From the IMG/VR virus record IMGVR_UViG_3300034062_004993: DNA of 54,786 bases, one strand, 5' to 3'. This DNA is from an uncultured virus (IMG/VR IMGVR_UViG_3300034062_004993) (taxonomy: Duplodnaviria > Heunggongvirae > Uroviricota > Caudoviricetes). Position 1 is the stretch's first letter. Every line of letters begins with the position of its first letter. Under the pieces are notes generated by a model. That model ran no database searches. It was not told where the DNA came from and saw only the letters and a list, made by a program, of their open reading frames with translations. Shown piece after piece: positions 22,368 to 30,220 of the stretch. The translations under genes and the position numbers were made by a program.

Positions 22368-22751
22368 TTATTTTTTTAATAAAATCTCTTTAAGCATGTT
22401 TACCTCATTTCGAAACAACTCGTTTTCCATTTTCCACCTTACCTTTTCAATTGCTTTTTGAACCAATAAAATTAATTCATTTGATAAATGTGAACCAATT
22501 GTGAACTCAAATGTATAGTAATGGTTTGATACTTTTACCATATTATTTTGAAGTATTAGTGTAAACTCTTTATCCCAAGTTTGAACATAATACCTACCTG
22601 AAGGTGTCATTAAATAATGAGTGTTTGGGTTGGCTAATAATTTAATTAAAACCCTTTTAGTAAGAATTTCTCTTTCAGTATATGGTTCATGTTTATTTGC
22701 TTTTAACTTAAACCAAACATAAACCTTTTTTAATTTATATGTTAAATTCAT
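22368..22751 (-). CDS. Hypothetical protein
   Basis: 127 aa ORF. Confidence 0.65.
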   Translation of the reverse strand: MNLTYKLKKVYVWFKLKANKHEPYTEREILTKRVLIKLLANPNTHYLMTPSGRYYVQTWDKEFTLILQNNMVKVSNHYYTFEFTIGSHLSNELILLVQKAIEKVRWKMENELFRNEVNMLKEILLKK

Positions 22752-22765
22752 ACTTTTTGTTTTTG

Positions 22766-22838
22766 TGATCCCGACTGGGGTCGAACCAGTAACCTACTGC
22801 TTAGAAGGCAGTTGCTCTATCCATTGAGCTACGGGACC
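22766..22838 (-). tRNA. trnR: tRNA-Arg(TCT)
   Basis: Cloverleaf; ACTGC CT-TCT-AA GCAGT. Confidence 0.92.
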
Positions 22839-22845
22839 AATGTAA

Positions 22846-22922
22846 TGGTGGGCCCTGCTGGGTTCGAACCAGCGACCACCTGATTATGAGTCAGACGCTC
22901 TGACCTGCTGAGCTAAGGGCCC
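22846..22922 (-). tRNA. trnI: tRNA with CAT anticodon, probably Ile2 (lysidine type)
   Basis: GGGCCCT acceptor, TCTGA CT-CAT-AA TCAGG, encoded CCA; identity inferred from acceptor stem. Confidence 0.8.
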
Positions 22923-22931
22923 TTATTGTTG

Positions 22932-23003
22932 AGCGGAGGGGTGTTACCGCCCCACCATCTCCGAGCTGGTAGCCCGGCGAGTTTCTTCCAACTCTTCCTC
23001 CAC
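22932..23003 (-). ncRNA. Atypical tRNA-like RNA, anticodon ACC, non-canonical T-loop
   Basis: GTGGAGG/CCTCCGC acceptor, CCGGG CT-ACC-AG CTCGG, T-loop GGCGGTA. Confidence 0.6.
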
Positions 23004-23044
23004 GTTTTATGTAAATATACGAAACTATTTTGATATTTCCAAAT

Positions 23045-23494
23045 TTAACAACAGTGATAATCTGCTGCTTTTGTTGCTATTTGTGAATGTGGTTTTATAT
23101 TTACTTTATATCCCAATGAACTTGCCCACCCACGTGTGGCTGAAACTAAACGATTAGATGGCCAATATTCATCTTCATTGTAATCCATATCCAATTCAAC
23201 CTTTATGTTTATTTGCTGAGTAAACCATTCTGCTAATTCAATAGTACGAGAGCATTCCTCAAATAATCGTTTGAACAAATCCTTTATTATAGGTATTCTT
23301 TCTTTACTATAAATATAATGAACACCCCTCACACCAAATCGGTATGCTATTACAGTTACATACACCGTTTCAATACCCACATTCTGCGAATCAGTTCCAA
23401 TGTATATTTTTGTAGATGGGTATTTTTTTAATACTTCCAATGTATGTTGAATCGGGTCTACATACCCATTATCAACTGAACGAAATTTTTTCAT
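23045..23494 (-). CDS. RNase H-like YkuK/DUF458 family protein
   Basis: IYIGTDSQ, RLFEE..TIELA, ELDMDYN, KP.S.IATKAAD. Confidence 0.75.
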   Translation of the reverse strand: MKKFRSVDNGYVDPIQHTLEVLKKYPSTKIYIGTDSQNVGIETVYVTVIAYRFGVRGVHYIYSKERIPIIKDLFKRLFEECSRTIELAEWFTQQINIKVELDMDYNEDEYWPSNRLVSATRGWASSLGYKVNIKPHSQIATKAADYHCC

Positions 23495-23507
23495 TTTTTA
23501 ATAATTG

Positions 23508-23592
23508 TACCAGAGATGGGACTCGAACCCACACGAGCGCTTAGCTCAATTAATTTTAAGTCAATCTTGTCTACCTGTTTCAACACTCTGGC
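23508..23592 (-). tRNA. trnL: tRNA-Leu(TAA)
   Basis: Class II cloverleaf; ATTGA CT-TAA-AA TTAAT. Confidence 0.9.
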
Positions 23593-23801
23593 GTTTAGGC
23601 TATTTTTTTATTTTTTCAACCACAAATAACTTATTAAATTCATCTAAACTTATTTGTTTTGTTTTTGCAAAAAATTCCAATGCTTCCTCAATAGAACCTG
23701 CTTTGGTTTTAGAAATTGCTTCCTTTTTAATGTCGGTGGTGCTGTAAAAAAAATATTCATTCATAGTAATCCTTATTTTTTATAAATATACGAAAGAAAG
23801 T

Positions 23802-24248
23802 TTAACTTTCCAAATAATAATTTATTTTAATTCCCGCTTCATTAAACATCTGAATACTTCTTTGAGCACTCTCTACCCACTTTTGTTCTTTAGAGCCACC
23901 ACCATCCTTAATCCATATTTCGGTAATACCTGCATTTATAATTGCTCTTGCACAATCTGTGCATGGTATTCCACATGTCATATACATTTTAGAACCATTT
24001 GTAGATACACCAATTCTTGCTGCATTATAGATAGAATTTCTTTCGGCGTGTTCAAACCAAAAATACTTTTCAGGTCTTTCCTGTCTTTCATCCACATTAT
24101 CATCAATACCCCGCGGAAATGAATTATAACCTGTGGAAATTATTTCATTACCCCTTCCTACAAGAACTACACCTATTTGAGTATATTTATCTTTTGATTT
24201 TAACTTAACTTGTTCCGCTATGTTAAAAAAATATTCATCCCAATTCAT
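23802..24248 (-). CDS. dCMP deaminase
   Basis: WDEYF, STGYN, HAERN, PCTDC zinc motif. Confidence 0.92.
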   Translation of the reverse strand: MNWDEYFFNIAEQVKLKSKDKYTQIGVVLVGRGNEIISTGYNSFPRGIDDNVDERQERPEKYFWFEHAERNSIYNAARIGVSTNGSKMYMTCGIPCTDCARAIINAGITEIWIKDGGGSKEQKWVESAQRSIQMFNEAGIKINYYLES

Positions 24249-24254
24249 ATTTTA

Positions 24255-24545
24255 TTAATTTTGAATTGTTAGTTTATATTCTTTTTTATCATCCGTTTTA
24301 AAATTAAAAGATTTTTCTGATTGGTTATAATTTATTTCCGATATTCTATCAGACTGAAATGCGGAAAATGTGCCCCAAGAATCACTCCACTCAAAATCCA
24401 AAAGTAAAATGTTCCCAGCATGCGGACCACCATCTTCCCAATTTTTAACCCTACCAAACCTATCAGTATTACCCCATCTAATGGAATCCGATTCTATAGT
24501 AAGGTTTCCGCCGATTTCTTCTAATTTATATTTTTTCATAACCAA
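24255..24545 (-). CDS. Hypothetical protein
   Basis: 96 aa ORF. Confidence 0.6.
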   Translation of the reverse strand: MVMKKYKLEEIGGNLTIESDSIRWGNTDRFGRVKNWEDGGPHAGNILLLDFEWSDSWGTFSAFQSDRISEINYNQSEKSFNFKTDDKKEYKLTIQN

Positions 24546-24560
24546 TAATTTACACTTCCA

Positions 24561-26117
24561 TTAATTTTTAAAAATACGTTTTGTATTAGTATCAACTGAT
24601 AGTATATACATTCCCATTGGAATTTGATGTGTGGTAATCATTGCCTTTTTACCATCAACAAAAATCTCAACAACCATCTTTCTACCACTCATATCATAAA
24701 GTGAGATATTCTTTATTAATTTATCACTTTCTACATTGATTAAATCACAAAAAGGATTAGGATAAATACCTACATTTGGATTAGAAATGGATTGTAGTGA
24801 ACTGTTTAATGTATCGGGTCTGAAATTAGACCAACCTGCTGTCCAGTCAATTGTTCCAAACGCACCCCTATGATTTACAACTGAGAAAAAGGTATCAGTT
24901 AGTCGTGGATTCAAAAATGAAGCGCCATTTAGAAGGGGACTTGTGGAATCAGGCAATAAATTTGGATTAGTCAAATTATTATATCCTACACCAAATCCTA
25001 AAAGATGAATACTATCAGTTTGATTATTACGAGAACTATCTCTAAAATATGTTTCCATCCCCGGCCAACTATTAGCACCAGATGTCTGCTCAAAGTTATT
25101 TGTCATATTAGCAAATACAACATTTTCAAACTGAAGTAAGTTATTAGTAGCATTTAATTGAGCCGCTGAACCATCAATATGTAACCCAGTTGGGTATCCA
25201 ACAAAAACCGAATTATATATTGAGGTTCGGGTATTTCTACGAAGATGTAATGCCCTACGATAAAGTGAAGCAGTCGTTCCATTTTCTTTTGGACCGATAA
25301 TAGTTACATTTGAAAAAATGGGAGATGTAATAGGTGTATTAGCAGTTCCCGTTCCATCATTATCGGATTCAAACCCATTTGATTGAGATTGGTCTGCAAT
25401 ATTCGGGTCACGCATTGAAAGAGTAAATTGAACTTTACCTGAATACCCAAAATCAGTATCAAAATCATCATCCCACCCACGATGGGCAATTAAGTATTTA
25501 CAATTTACATTTCCACCAAACCACTCATAACTATCATCACCGGAATAACTGACTTGGATATTTTCAATAATGGTTTTTCTTCCAACCCCACCCATCGTTA
25601 AACCATTAATCTCATTGTTGGGTTGATAAGCAATTCCACCATATTCAATTCGAACATACCGAAATACCCCCGATGAATCATCTTCGTTTGTTCCACCATA
25701 TGTAGCATCATTACCCAAAAGACCGCCTTCTACAATAGCAGTTCCGCCTGGTACATTGATTGGGGCATTTCCAAGAATAAGAACACCACCCCAGTCACCA
25801 TATGTGCGTTGACCCGCAGGTTCGTTGGAAGTGAATACTATTGGATTTGTTGAAGTACCTGATGCATGGATTTTACCTGTTTTAGTAACAATAAGGGTTG
25901 CTTTACTTGCCCTATCACCACGAATAATTGTGCCAGGTTCAATAGTTAGGGTAGCACCATCCTTTACAAATCTATATCCATTTAGAAGATAGATTCGATT
26001 AGAACTCCATGTTGTGTTTGTTGTAATATCAGTATTAACTGTATCAACGATTGTTTGACCAAAAGATGCAATGGTCATAAGTAAGCTCGTTAGAGCAAAT
26101 AGAAAAAGTTTTTTCAT
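24561..26117 (-). CDS. Secreted beta-helix-like protein with T9SS type-A C-terminal sorting domain
   Basis: Sec signal; DDSYEWFGG, DDDFDTDFG motifs; C-terminal IYPNPF..LYDMSGR..GMYIL. Confidence 0.8.
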   Translation of the reverse strand: MKKLFLFALTSLLMTIASFGQTIVDTVNTDITTNTTWSSNRIYLLNGYRFVKDGATLTIEPGTIIRGDRASKATLIVTKTGKIHASGTSTNPIVFTSNEPAGQRTYGDWGGVLILGNAPINVPGGTAIVEGGLLGNDATYGGTNEDDSSGVFRYVRIEYGGIAYQPNNEINGLTMGGVGRKTIIENIQVSYSGDDSYEWFGGNVNCKYLIAHRGWDDDFDTDFGYSGKVQFTLSMRDPNIADQSQSNGFESDNDGTGTANTPITSPIFSNVTIIGPKENGTTASLYRRALHLRRNTRTSIYNSVFVGYPTGLHIDGSAAQLNATNNLLQFENVVFANMTNNFEQTSGANSWPGMETYFRDSSRNNQTDSIHLLGFGVGYNNLTNPNLLPDSTSPLLNGASFLNPRLTDTFFSVVNHRGAFGTIDWTAGWSNFRPDTLNSSLQSISNPNVGIYPNPFCDLINVESDKLIKNISLYDMSGRKMVVEIFVDGKKAMITTHQIPMGMYILSVDTNTKRIFKN

Positions 26118-26148
26118 AGGTTAAATTGTTTTGTTTAAAGTTTAAAAT

Positions 26149-26487
26149 TTATTTCCAAAATAGTTGAATTAGTATAAGTATGGTAGCCACCCCTAATGAT
26201 ACTGTGGTTTTCGTATTAAGTGTTTCTCCAAACATGGAATTTGCCATTACTGCGAAAACAATAACCCCAATACCAAAACCAATAATTCGGCCAGGCCAAA
26301 GTAATCCACCATAATAAATAATTATTTGGCGTATTGATTCCATATACATCATTGATATTGGAATACCCATTAAAACTACTAACCAATAGTTTTCTTTGAA
26401 CGATTGATATTTTAAGTGCCCTTGTACTTGTAAAAATGTAAGTATTTGGGCTACAAACATCAAAACCATTCCTATAACTAATCTCAT
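26149..26487 (-). CDS. Small 4-TM membrane protein
   Basis: Four hydrophobic helices. Confidence 0.7.
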   Translation of the reverse strand: MRLVIGMVLMFVAQILTFLQVQGHLKYQSFKENYWLVVLMGIPISMMYMESIRQIIIYYGGLLWPGRIIGFGIGVIVFAVMANSMFGETLNTKTTVSLGVATILILIQLFWK

Positions 26488-26542
26488 ATATAATAAGTAT
26501 TACATTAATATTATTGAAGTGTTAATAAATTGTTAATGTTTG

Positions 26543-26616
26543 TAGGGGAAGCGGGACTCGAACCCACAACCTCGTGCTCCCAAAGCACGTAATCTAACCA
26601 ATTGATATATTCCCCT
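26543..26616 (-). tRNA. trnP: tRNA-Pro(TGG)
   Basis: CGTGC TT-TGG-GA GCACG. Confidence 0.9.
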
Positions 26617-26625
26617 GTGTTTAAG

Positions 26626-26748
26626 TAGTCAGGACAGGATTCGAACCTGTATGTGGTATATTTCTCTGTTTATTTTCTCTCATCCATTAGGATATTGAGC
26701 CACATCGTTAAACAATAAATCGTGCGTCTACCATTCCGCCACCTGACT
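26626..26748 (-). repeat. tRNA-like variable-centre element, copy 1
   Basis: AGTCAGGTGGCGGAATGGTAGACGC-73 nt-ACAGGTTCGAATCCTGTCCTGACTA. Confidence 0.9.
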
Positions 26749-26890
26749 AATTTAGTAATTCATCTGTTGAGTATCCAGTCAACATTAAACACTTAATTTC
26801 CGTTTTTAGCATTCTAAAAAATATCAAAAATGCTCTTCTACTAGGTCTTTTCCAAAACAATTTCCAAATATAATTTAATGTTCTAAACAT
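26747..26890 (-). CDS. Small basic protein between elements 1 and 2
   Basis: MFRTLNYIWK..; stop codon overlaps 5' end of element 1. Confidence 0.5.
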   Translation of the reverse strand: MFRTLNYIWKLFWKRPSRRAFLIFFRMLKTEIKCLMLTGYSTDELLN

Positions 26891-26903
26891 ATCTTTAATT
26901 TTG

Positions 26904-27017
26904 TAGTCAGGACAGGACTCGAACCTGCATGTGGACCTTGTGTGTATTTCAACTATATTGCGGTTTGTTCCACTCCGTTTCACTATTCGGGGCGTCTACC
27001 AATTTCGCCACCTGACT
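26904..27017 (-). repeat. tRNA-like variable-centre element, copy 2
   Basis: Same flanks, different centre. Confidence 0.9.
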
Positions 27018-27018
27018 A

Positions 27019-27576
27019 TTATTTTTCTATCTCTTTGTTATATTTTATTTTAAGTCCTAATTCTTCTAAACCTTTATCATGACAATCTTTTACTGCTTTC
27101 ATTCCATGCTTGGTAGCAATTGTTTCAAGTACCCTAGCATGATAAGCTTCTTCTGGTTCAATAACCTTAAACAACTCAACCAAATCCTTTGGTGTATTAG
27201 GATCGTTTATGATAACTCTCATGCGTTTAAGTGATAGAGTTTCAGCATAAGCACCAATAGCAGCAGCGGTGCTACAATCAATTACACACGGAAGTGTGTT
27301 TCGCCAATACCTTCCATCTTTGGTAGATTTGATAAATAAAGTAATGTTTCTATCCTTTAGGATTTTTTCAACCAATACCGAATGTTGTGCTTCTTGTTCA
27401 GCTATTCTCCTAAAGATAACATACGCTTGCATATCATTTTTACAATAGGTGTCAGCAAAATTGATGAAACGTTCTTCAGCATCTTTCTCATTGTTATATA
27501 AACCAACAAGCCAGTGTTCAAGTTTTTCTTTATTATTTAAACAATCATTCCACCACTTTTTTGTTATTTTTAACAT
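27019..27576 (-). CDS. Ferritin-like domain protein
   Basis: E..ExxH (QEAQH) and E..ExxH (EEAYH) pairs; start MLKITKKWW. Confidence 0.7.
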   Translation of the reverse strand: MLKITKKWWNDCLNNKEKLEHWLVGLYNNEKDAEERFINFADTYCKNDMQAYVIFRRIAEQEAQHSVLVEKILKDRNITLFIKSTKDGRYWRNTLPCVIDCSTAAAIGAYAETLSLKRMRVIINDPNTPKDLVELFKVIEPEEAYHARVLETIATKHGMKAVKDCHDKGLEELGLKIKYNKEIEK

Positions 27577-27593
27577 AACATTATTTTTTTTAG

Positions 27594-27715
27594 TAGTCAG
27601 GACAGGATTCGAACCTGTACGATGCATTTCTCTTGCACCTCGGAATTAATGGCCTCACGAAATTAATTATTTCGTTAGCTTACTTGCTGCGTCTATCCAA
27701 TTTCGCCACCTGACT
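27594..27715 (-). repeat. tRNA-like variable-centre element, copy 3
   Basis: Same flanks; centre has several hairpins. Confidence 0.9.
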
Positions 27716-27848
27716 GTTTGTTTACATCTCTAAATCAAACACATACGCTATAATAATATAGGAGATAAGGAAAATACCTATAATTGTTAATATAATTGGT
27801 CTCAATATTTTTACACTTACTAATTTTTCCATATTTTTTAATTTTTAG

Positions 27849-27945
27849 TAGTCAGGACAGGATTCGAACCTGCGTATGAGAGACTCATCTATACCTTTTT
27901 ACCGATGCAGACTAACCCTTTGCGTTACCAATTCGCCACCTGACT
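27849..27945 (-). repeat. tRNA-like variable-centre element, copy 4
   Basis: Same flanks. Confidence 0.88.
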
Positions 27946-27949
27946 ATGT

Positions 27950-28226
27950 TTCCCTATCCTGAGATTCCAGACGGGTAGATTTTAACGGGTTTCTCTCACT
28001 GTTCGAGAACCATATCTCCCTCTATTATTTGGCAACCTAAAAGATTAACCATTCAAAAAGTGGGCCTTTTTCATTAGTGTCTTACCACATAAAAACCTGT
28101 CAACACTACTGGGAGGAGGTGTGTCGCTCTCCTTTATTCCCATGCCGTCCCACTCACGCTGACTGACGGTCTGCGGGTCTATTGTTTAAGTCTTAGACCA
28201 AAGACTCTGAGCACCTCTTACTCATT
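27950..28226 (-). ncRNA. Candidate structured ncRNA
   Basis: ORF-free, GC-enriched, many stems and an apparent pseudoknot. Confidence 0.5.
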
Positions 28227-28227
28227 G

Positions 28228-28332
28228 TCCATTCTGTTGGATTCGAACCAACTTACTCGTCTTACATTCGGATTAGCGCTAACCAGGCGATGTAAGAGTC
28301 AAAGTGTTTTAACCACATAACACTAAGAATGG
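28228..28332 (-). ncRNA. tRNA-like RNA with long extended central stem
   Basis: CCATTCT/AGAATGG acceptor; AGTGTT/AACACT D-arm; GTTGG TTCGAAT CCAAC T-arm. Confidence 0.65.
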
Positions 28333-28424
28333 AGGATTAGAAGCTTGGGATTTTCACCCTCGAACATCTTCATTGATACGTCTATCAATTAGATTGAAAC
28401 GCGTATTGCGACACTTCTAATTTG

Positions 28425-28498
28425 CGGTTCGTATGGGAATCGAACCCATGACCTTCGCAGTGACAGTGCGATATTGTAACCAACTCTACTAACGAACC
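28425..28498 (-). tRNA. trnD: tRNA-Asp(GTC)
   Basis: TCGCA CT-GTC-AC TGCGA. Confidence 0.92.
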
Positions 28499-28503
28499 AT
28501 TTG

Positions 28504-28576
28504 AGCGATAAACAGGACTCGAACCTGCAACCTCCGACTTGGAAGGACGATGCTCTACCAATTGAGCTATTATCGC
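28504..28576 (-). tRNA. trnG: tRNA-Gly(TCC)
   Basis: TCGTC CT-TCC-AA GTCGG. Confidence 0.9.
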
Positions 28577-28582
28577 GAATTG

Positions 28583-28655
28583 AGCGGCAAACTGGATTCG
28601 AACCAGCGACCCTAACCTTGGCAAGGTTATGCTCTACCAACTGAGCTACTGCCGC
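28583..28655 (-). tRNA. trnG: tRNA-Gly(GCC)
   Basis: TAACC TT-GCC-AA GGTTA. Confidence 0.92.
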
Positions 28656-28660
28656 GTTTG

Positions 28661-28733
28661 AGCTCCCTGTCGGATTCGAACCAACGACCATCCGCTTACA
28701 AGGCGGGAGCTCTACCAACTGAGCTAAGGAAGC
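28661..28733 (-). tRNA. trnT: tRNA-Thr(TGT)
   Basis: CCCGC CT-TGT-AA GCGGA. Confidence 0.92.
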
Positions 28734-28741
28734 ATTTTTTG

Positions 28742-28815
28742 TGGACCGTACCGGAGTCGAACCGATGACCTTCTGAATGCAAATCAGACGTTCTAGCCAA
28801 CTGAACTAACAGCCC
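28742..28815 (-). tRNA. trnA: tRNA-Ala(TGC)
   Basis: TCTGA TT-TGC-AT TCAGA; G3:U70. Confidence 0.92.
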
Positions 28816-28817
28816 TT

Positions 28818-28895
28818 TGGTTGCGGGGGAGGGAATCGAACCCTCGTAGTTGGGCTTATGAGACCCAGCTGGTGCCATCTCCAGTCTACCCCGCG
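28818..28895 (-). tRNA. trnfM: tRNA-fMet(CAT)-like
   Basis: C1:A72 mismatch, CT-CAT-AA loop, encoded CCA. Confidence 0.82.
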
Positions 28896-28906
28896 ATATA
28901 CTTTTG

Positions 28907-28981
28907 TACTCCGTACGGGACTCGAACCCGTAAGCTTTCCCGTGAAAGGGGAATGTCCTAAACCAATTAGACGAACGGAGC
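28907..28981 (-). tRNA. trnE: tRNA-Glu(TTC)
   Basis: TTCCC CT-TTC-AC GGGAA. Confidence 0.92.
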
Positions 28982-28990
28982 GTCTTTTTG

Positions 28991-29062
28991 CGTCCTGAGA
29001 AGGATTCGAACCTACGGCCTAGCGGTTAACAGCCGCTTGCTCTACCTCTGAGCTATCAAGAC
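28991..29062 (-). tRNA. trnN: tRNA-Asn(GTT)
   Basis: AGCGG CT-GTT-AA CCGCT. Confidence 0.92.
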
Positions 29063-29070
29063 AAATAATG

Positions 29071-29153
29071 TATCGAAGGTGGGACTCGAACCCACATTGC
29101 TATTTAGCGCTGGTTTCTAAAACCAGTATGTCTACCAATTCCATCACTTCGAT
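29071..29153 (-). tRNA. trnL: tRNA-Leu(TAG)
   Basis: CTGGT TT-TAG-AA ACCAG; variable arm. Confidence 0.9.
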
Positions 29154-29191
29154 ATAAATATACGAAATATTTTTTATATTTCCAAATTTTG

Positions 29192-29280
29192 CGGAAGATA
29201 TTGGATTCGAACCAATGAACCGGGATTACCGATTAACACCTTAGCAGGGTGCCGCTTTAGACCAGCTCAGCCAATCTTCC
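29192..29280 (-). tRNA. trnS: tRNA-Ser(GCT)
   Basis: GCACC CT-GCT-AA GGTGT; long variable arm. Confidence 0.92.
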
Positions 29281-29282
29281 TT

Positions 29283-29357
29283 TGGGGTGATTAATGGGTT
29301 TCGAACCCATACTAACAGAACCACAATCTGTCGTGCTACCATTACACTATAAACACC
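29283..29357 (-). tRNA. trnH: tRNA-His(GTG)
   Basis: ACAGA TT-GTG-GT TCTGT; G-1, C73, CCA. Confidence 0.9.
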
Positions 29358-29370
29358 ATAAATAATAGAG

Positions 29371-29444
29371 TAGCGAGAAGCAGAATCGAACTGCTGGCCT
29401 TAGGTTTATGAATCCTACGCTCTAACCATCTGAGCTATCTCGCC
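29371..29444 (-). tRNA. trnM: tRNA-Met(CAT) elongator
   Basis: GGCGAGA acceptor; TT-CAT-AA loop. Confidence 0.85.
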
Positions 29445-29448
29445 ATTT

Positions 29449-29522
29449 TGGCGCGGGTGCAAGGATTCGAACCTCGAACTGCGGTGTTGGAGACCGTAAT
29501 GATACCATTTCAACACACCCAC
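29449..29522 (-). tRNA. trnW: tRNA-Trp(CCA)
   Basis: CGGT CT-CCA-AC ACCG; G73, CCA. Confidence 0.85.
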
Positions 29523-29530
29523 TTTTTTTG

Positions 29531-29601
29531 AGGTACTGGTTGGATTTGAACCAACATAAGAGCTTTTGCAGAGCTCCACCTTGCCAATCGGACACAGTAC
29601 C
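29531..29601 (-). tRNA. trnC: tRNA-Cys(GCA)
   Basis: GAGCT CT-GCA-AA AGCTC; U73. Confidence 0.92.
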
Positions 29602-29607
29602 AAAATG

Positions 29608-29679
29608 TGGTTCTTAAACGATTCGAACGTTTAATTCTTCGTCCGTAGCGAAGTGGTTTATCCGTTAGCCTAAAGAACC
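29608..29679 (-). tRNA. trnR: tRNA-Arg(ACG)
   Basis: CTTCG CT-ACG-GA CGAAG. Confidence 0.9.
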
Positions 29680-29684
29680 AAATG

Positions 29685-29758
29685 TTGGAATAGCCGGATT
29701 CGAACCAGCGACCTTTTGAATATCAGTCAAATGCTCTAACCTACTGAGCTATATTCCA
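29685..29758 (-). tRNA. trnI: tRNA-Ile(GAT)
   Basis: TTTGA CT-GAT-AT TCAAA. Confidence 0.92.
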
Positions 29759-29763
29759 ATGTG

Positions 29764-29845
29764 TGCCTGCAGAAGGACTCGAACCTCCGAACTCAAACGA
29801 GAACTGATTTACAGTCAGTTGCAATTGCCGCTATGCGATACAGGC
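29764..29845 (-). tRNA. trnY: tRNA-Tyr(GTA)
   Basis: ACTGA CT-GTA-AA TCAGT; variable arm. Confidence 0.92.
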
Positions 29846-29853
29846 GTATTGTG

Positions 29854-29926
29854 TGGTGATGGACGGAATCGAACCGCCGACACAAGGATTTTCAGTCCTT
29901 TGCTCTACCAACTGAGCTACATCACC
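29854..29926 (-). tRNA. trnF: tRNA-Phe(GAA)
   Basis: AAGGA CT-GAA-AA TCCTT. Confidence 0.92.
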
Positions 29927-29930
29927 AAAT

Positions 29931-30064
29931 AACACGAAGTTAGGATACCCGTCTCGTCCTAATCTTAACTGCTTAATCGTAGTTTTACGAGGCCTCGGCA
30001 GAGGGTGCTAACTCCATATGGAGACCTGCGCTGGTCTTTTACCCATACTTCTGTTCTTCATGTT
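29931..30064 (-). ncRNA. Candidate structured ncRNA between tRNA-Val and tRNA-Phe
   Basis: Closing stem AACATGAAG/CTTCGTGTT with internal hairpins. Confidence 0.5.
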
Positions 30065-30142
30065 TGGTACATCATGATGGATTCGAACCACCGACCCTTT
30101 GCTTGTAAGGCAAATGCTCTGAACCAACTGAGCTAATGATGT
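30065..30142 (-). tRNA. trnV: tRNA-Val(TAC)
   Basis: TTTGC CT-TAC-AA GCAAA; CCA. Confidence 0.92.
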
Positions 30143-30147
30143 GTATG

Positions 30148-30220
30148 TGACCCCGAGCAGGATCGAACTGCTACTCCCCTGATTAAAAGTCAGGTGCTTT
30201 ACCAATTAAGCTACGAGGTC
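30148..30220 (-). tRNA. trnK: tRNA-Lys(TTT)
   Basis: CCTGA CT-TTT-AA TCAGG. Confidence 0.92.

Noticed and set aside
26626..27945. Group I intron-containing tRNA-Leu genes
   Set aside because: Inserts of 29-73 nt are far too short and lack a conserved core.
27950..28420. tmRNA
   Set aside because: No GGGG..CTCCACCA Ala-type acceptor or tag ORF found.
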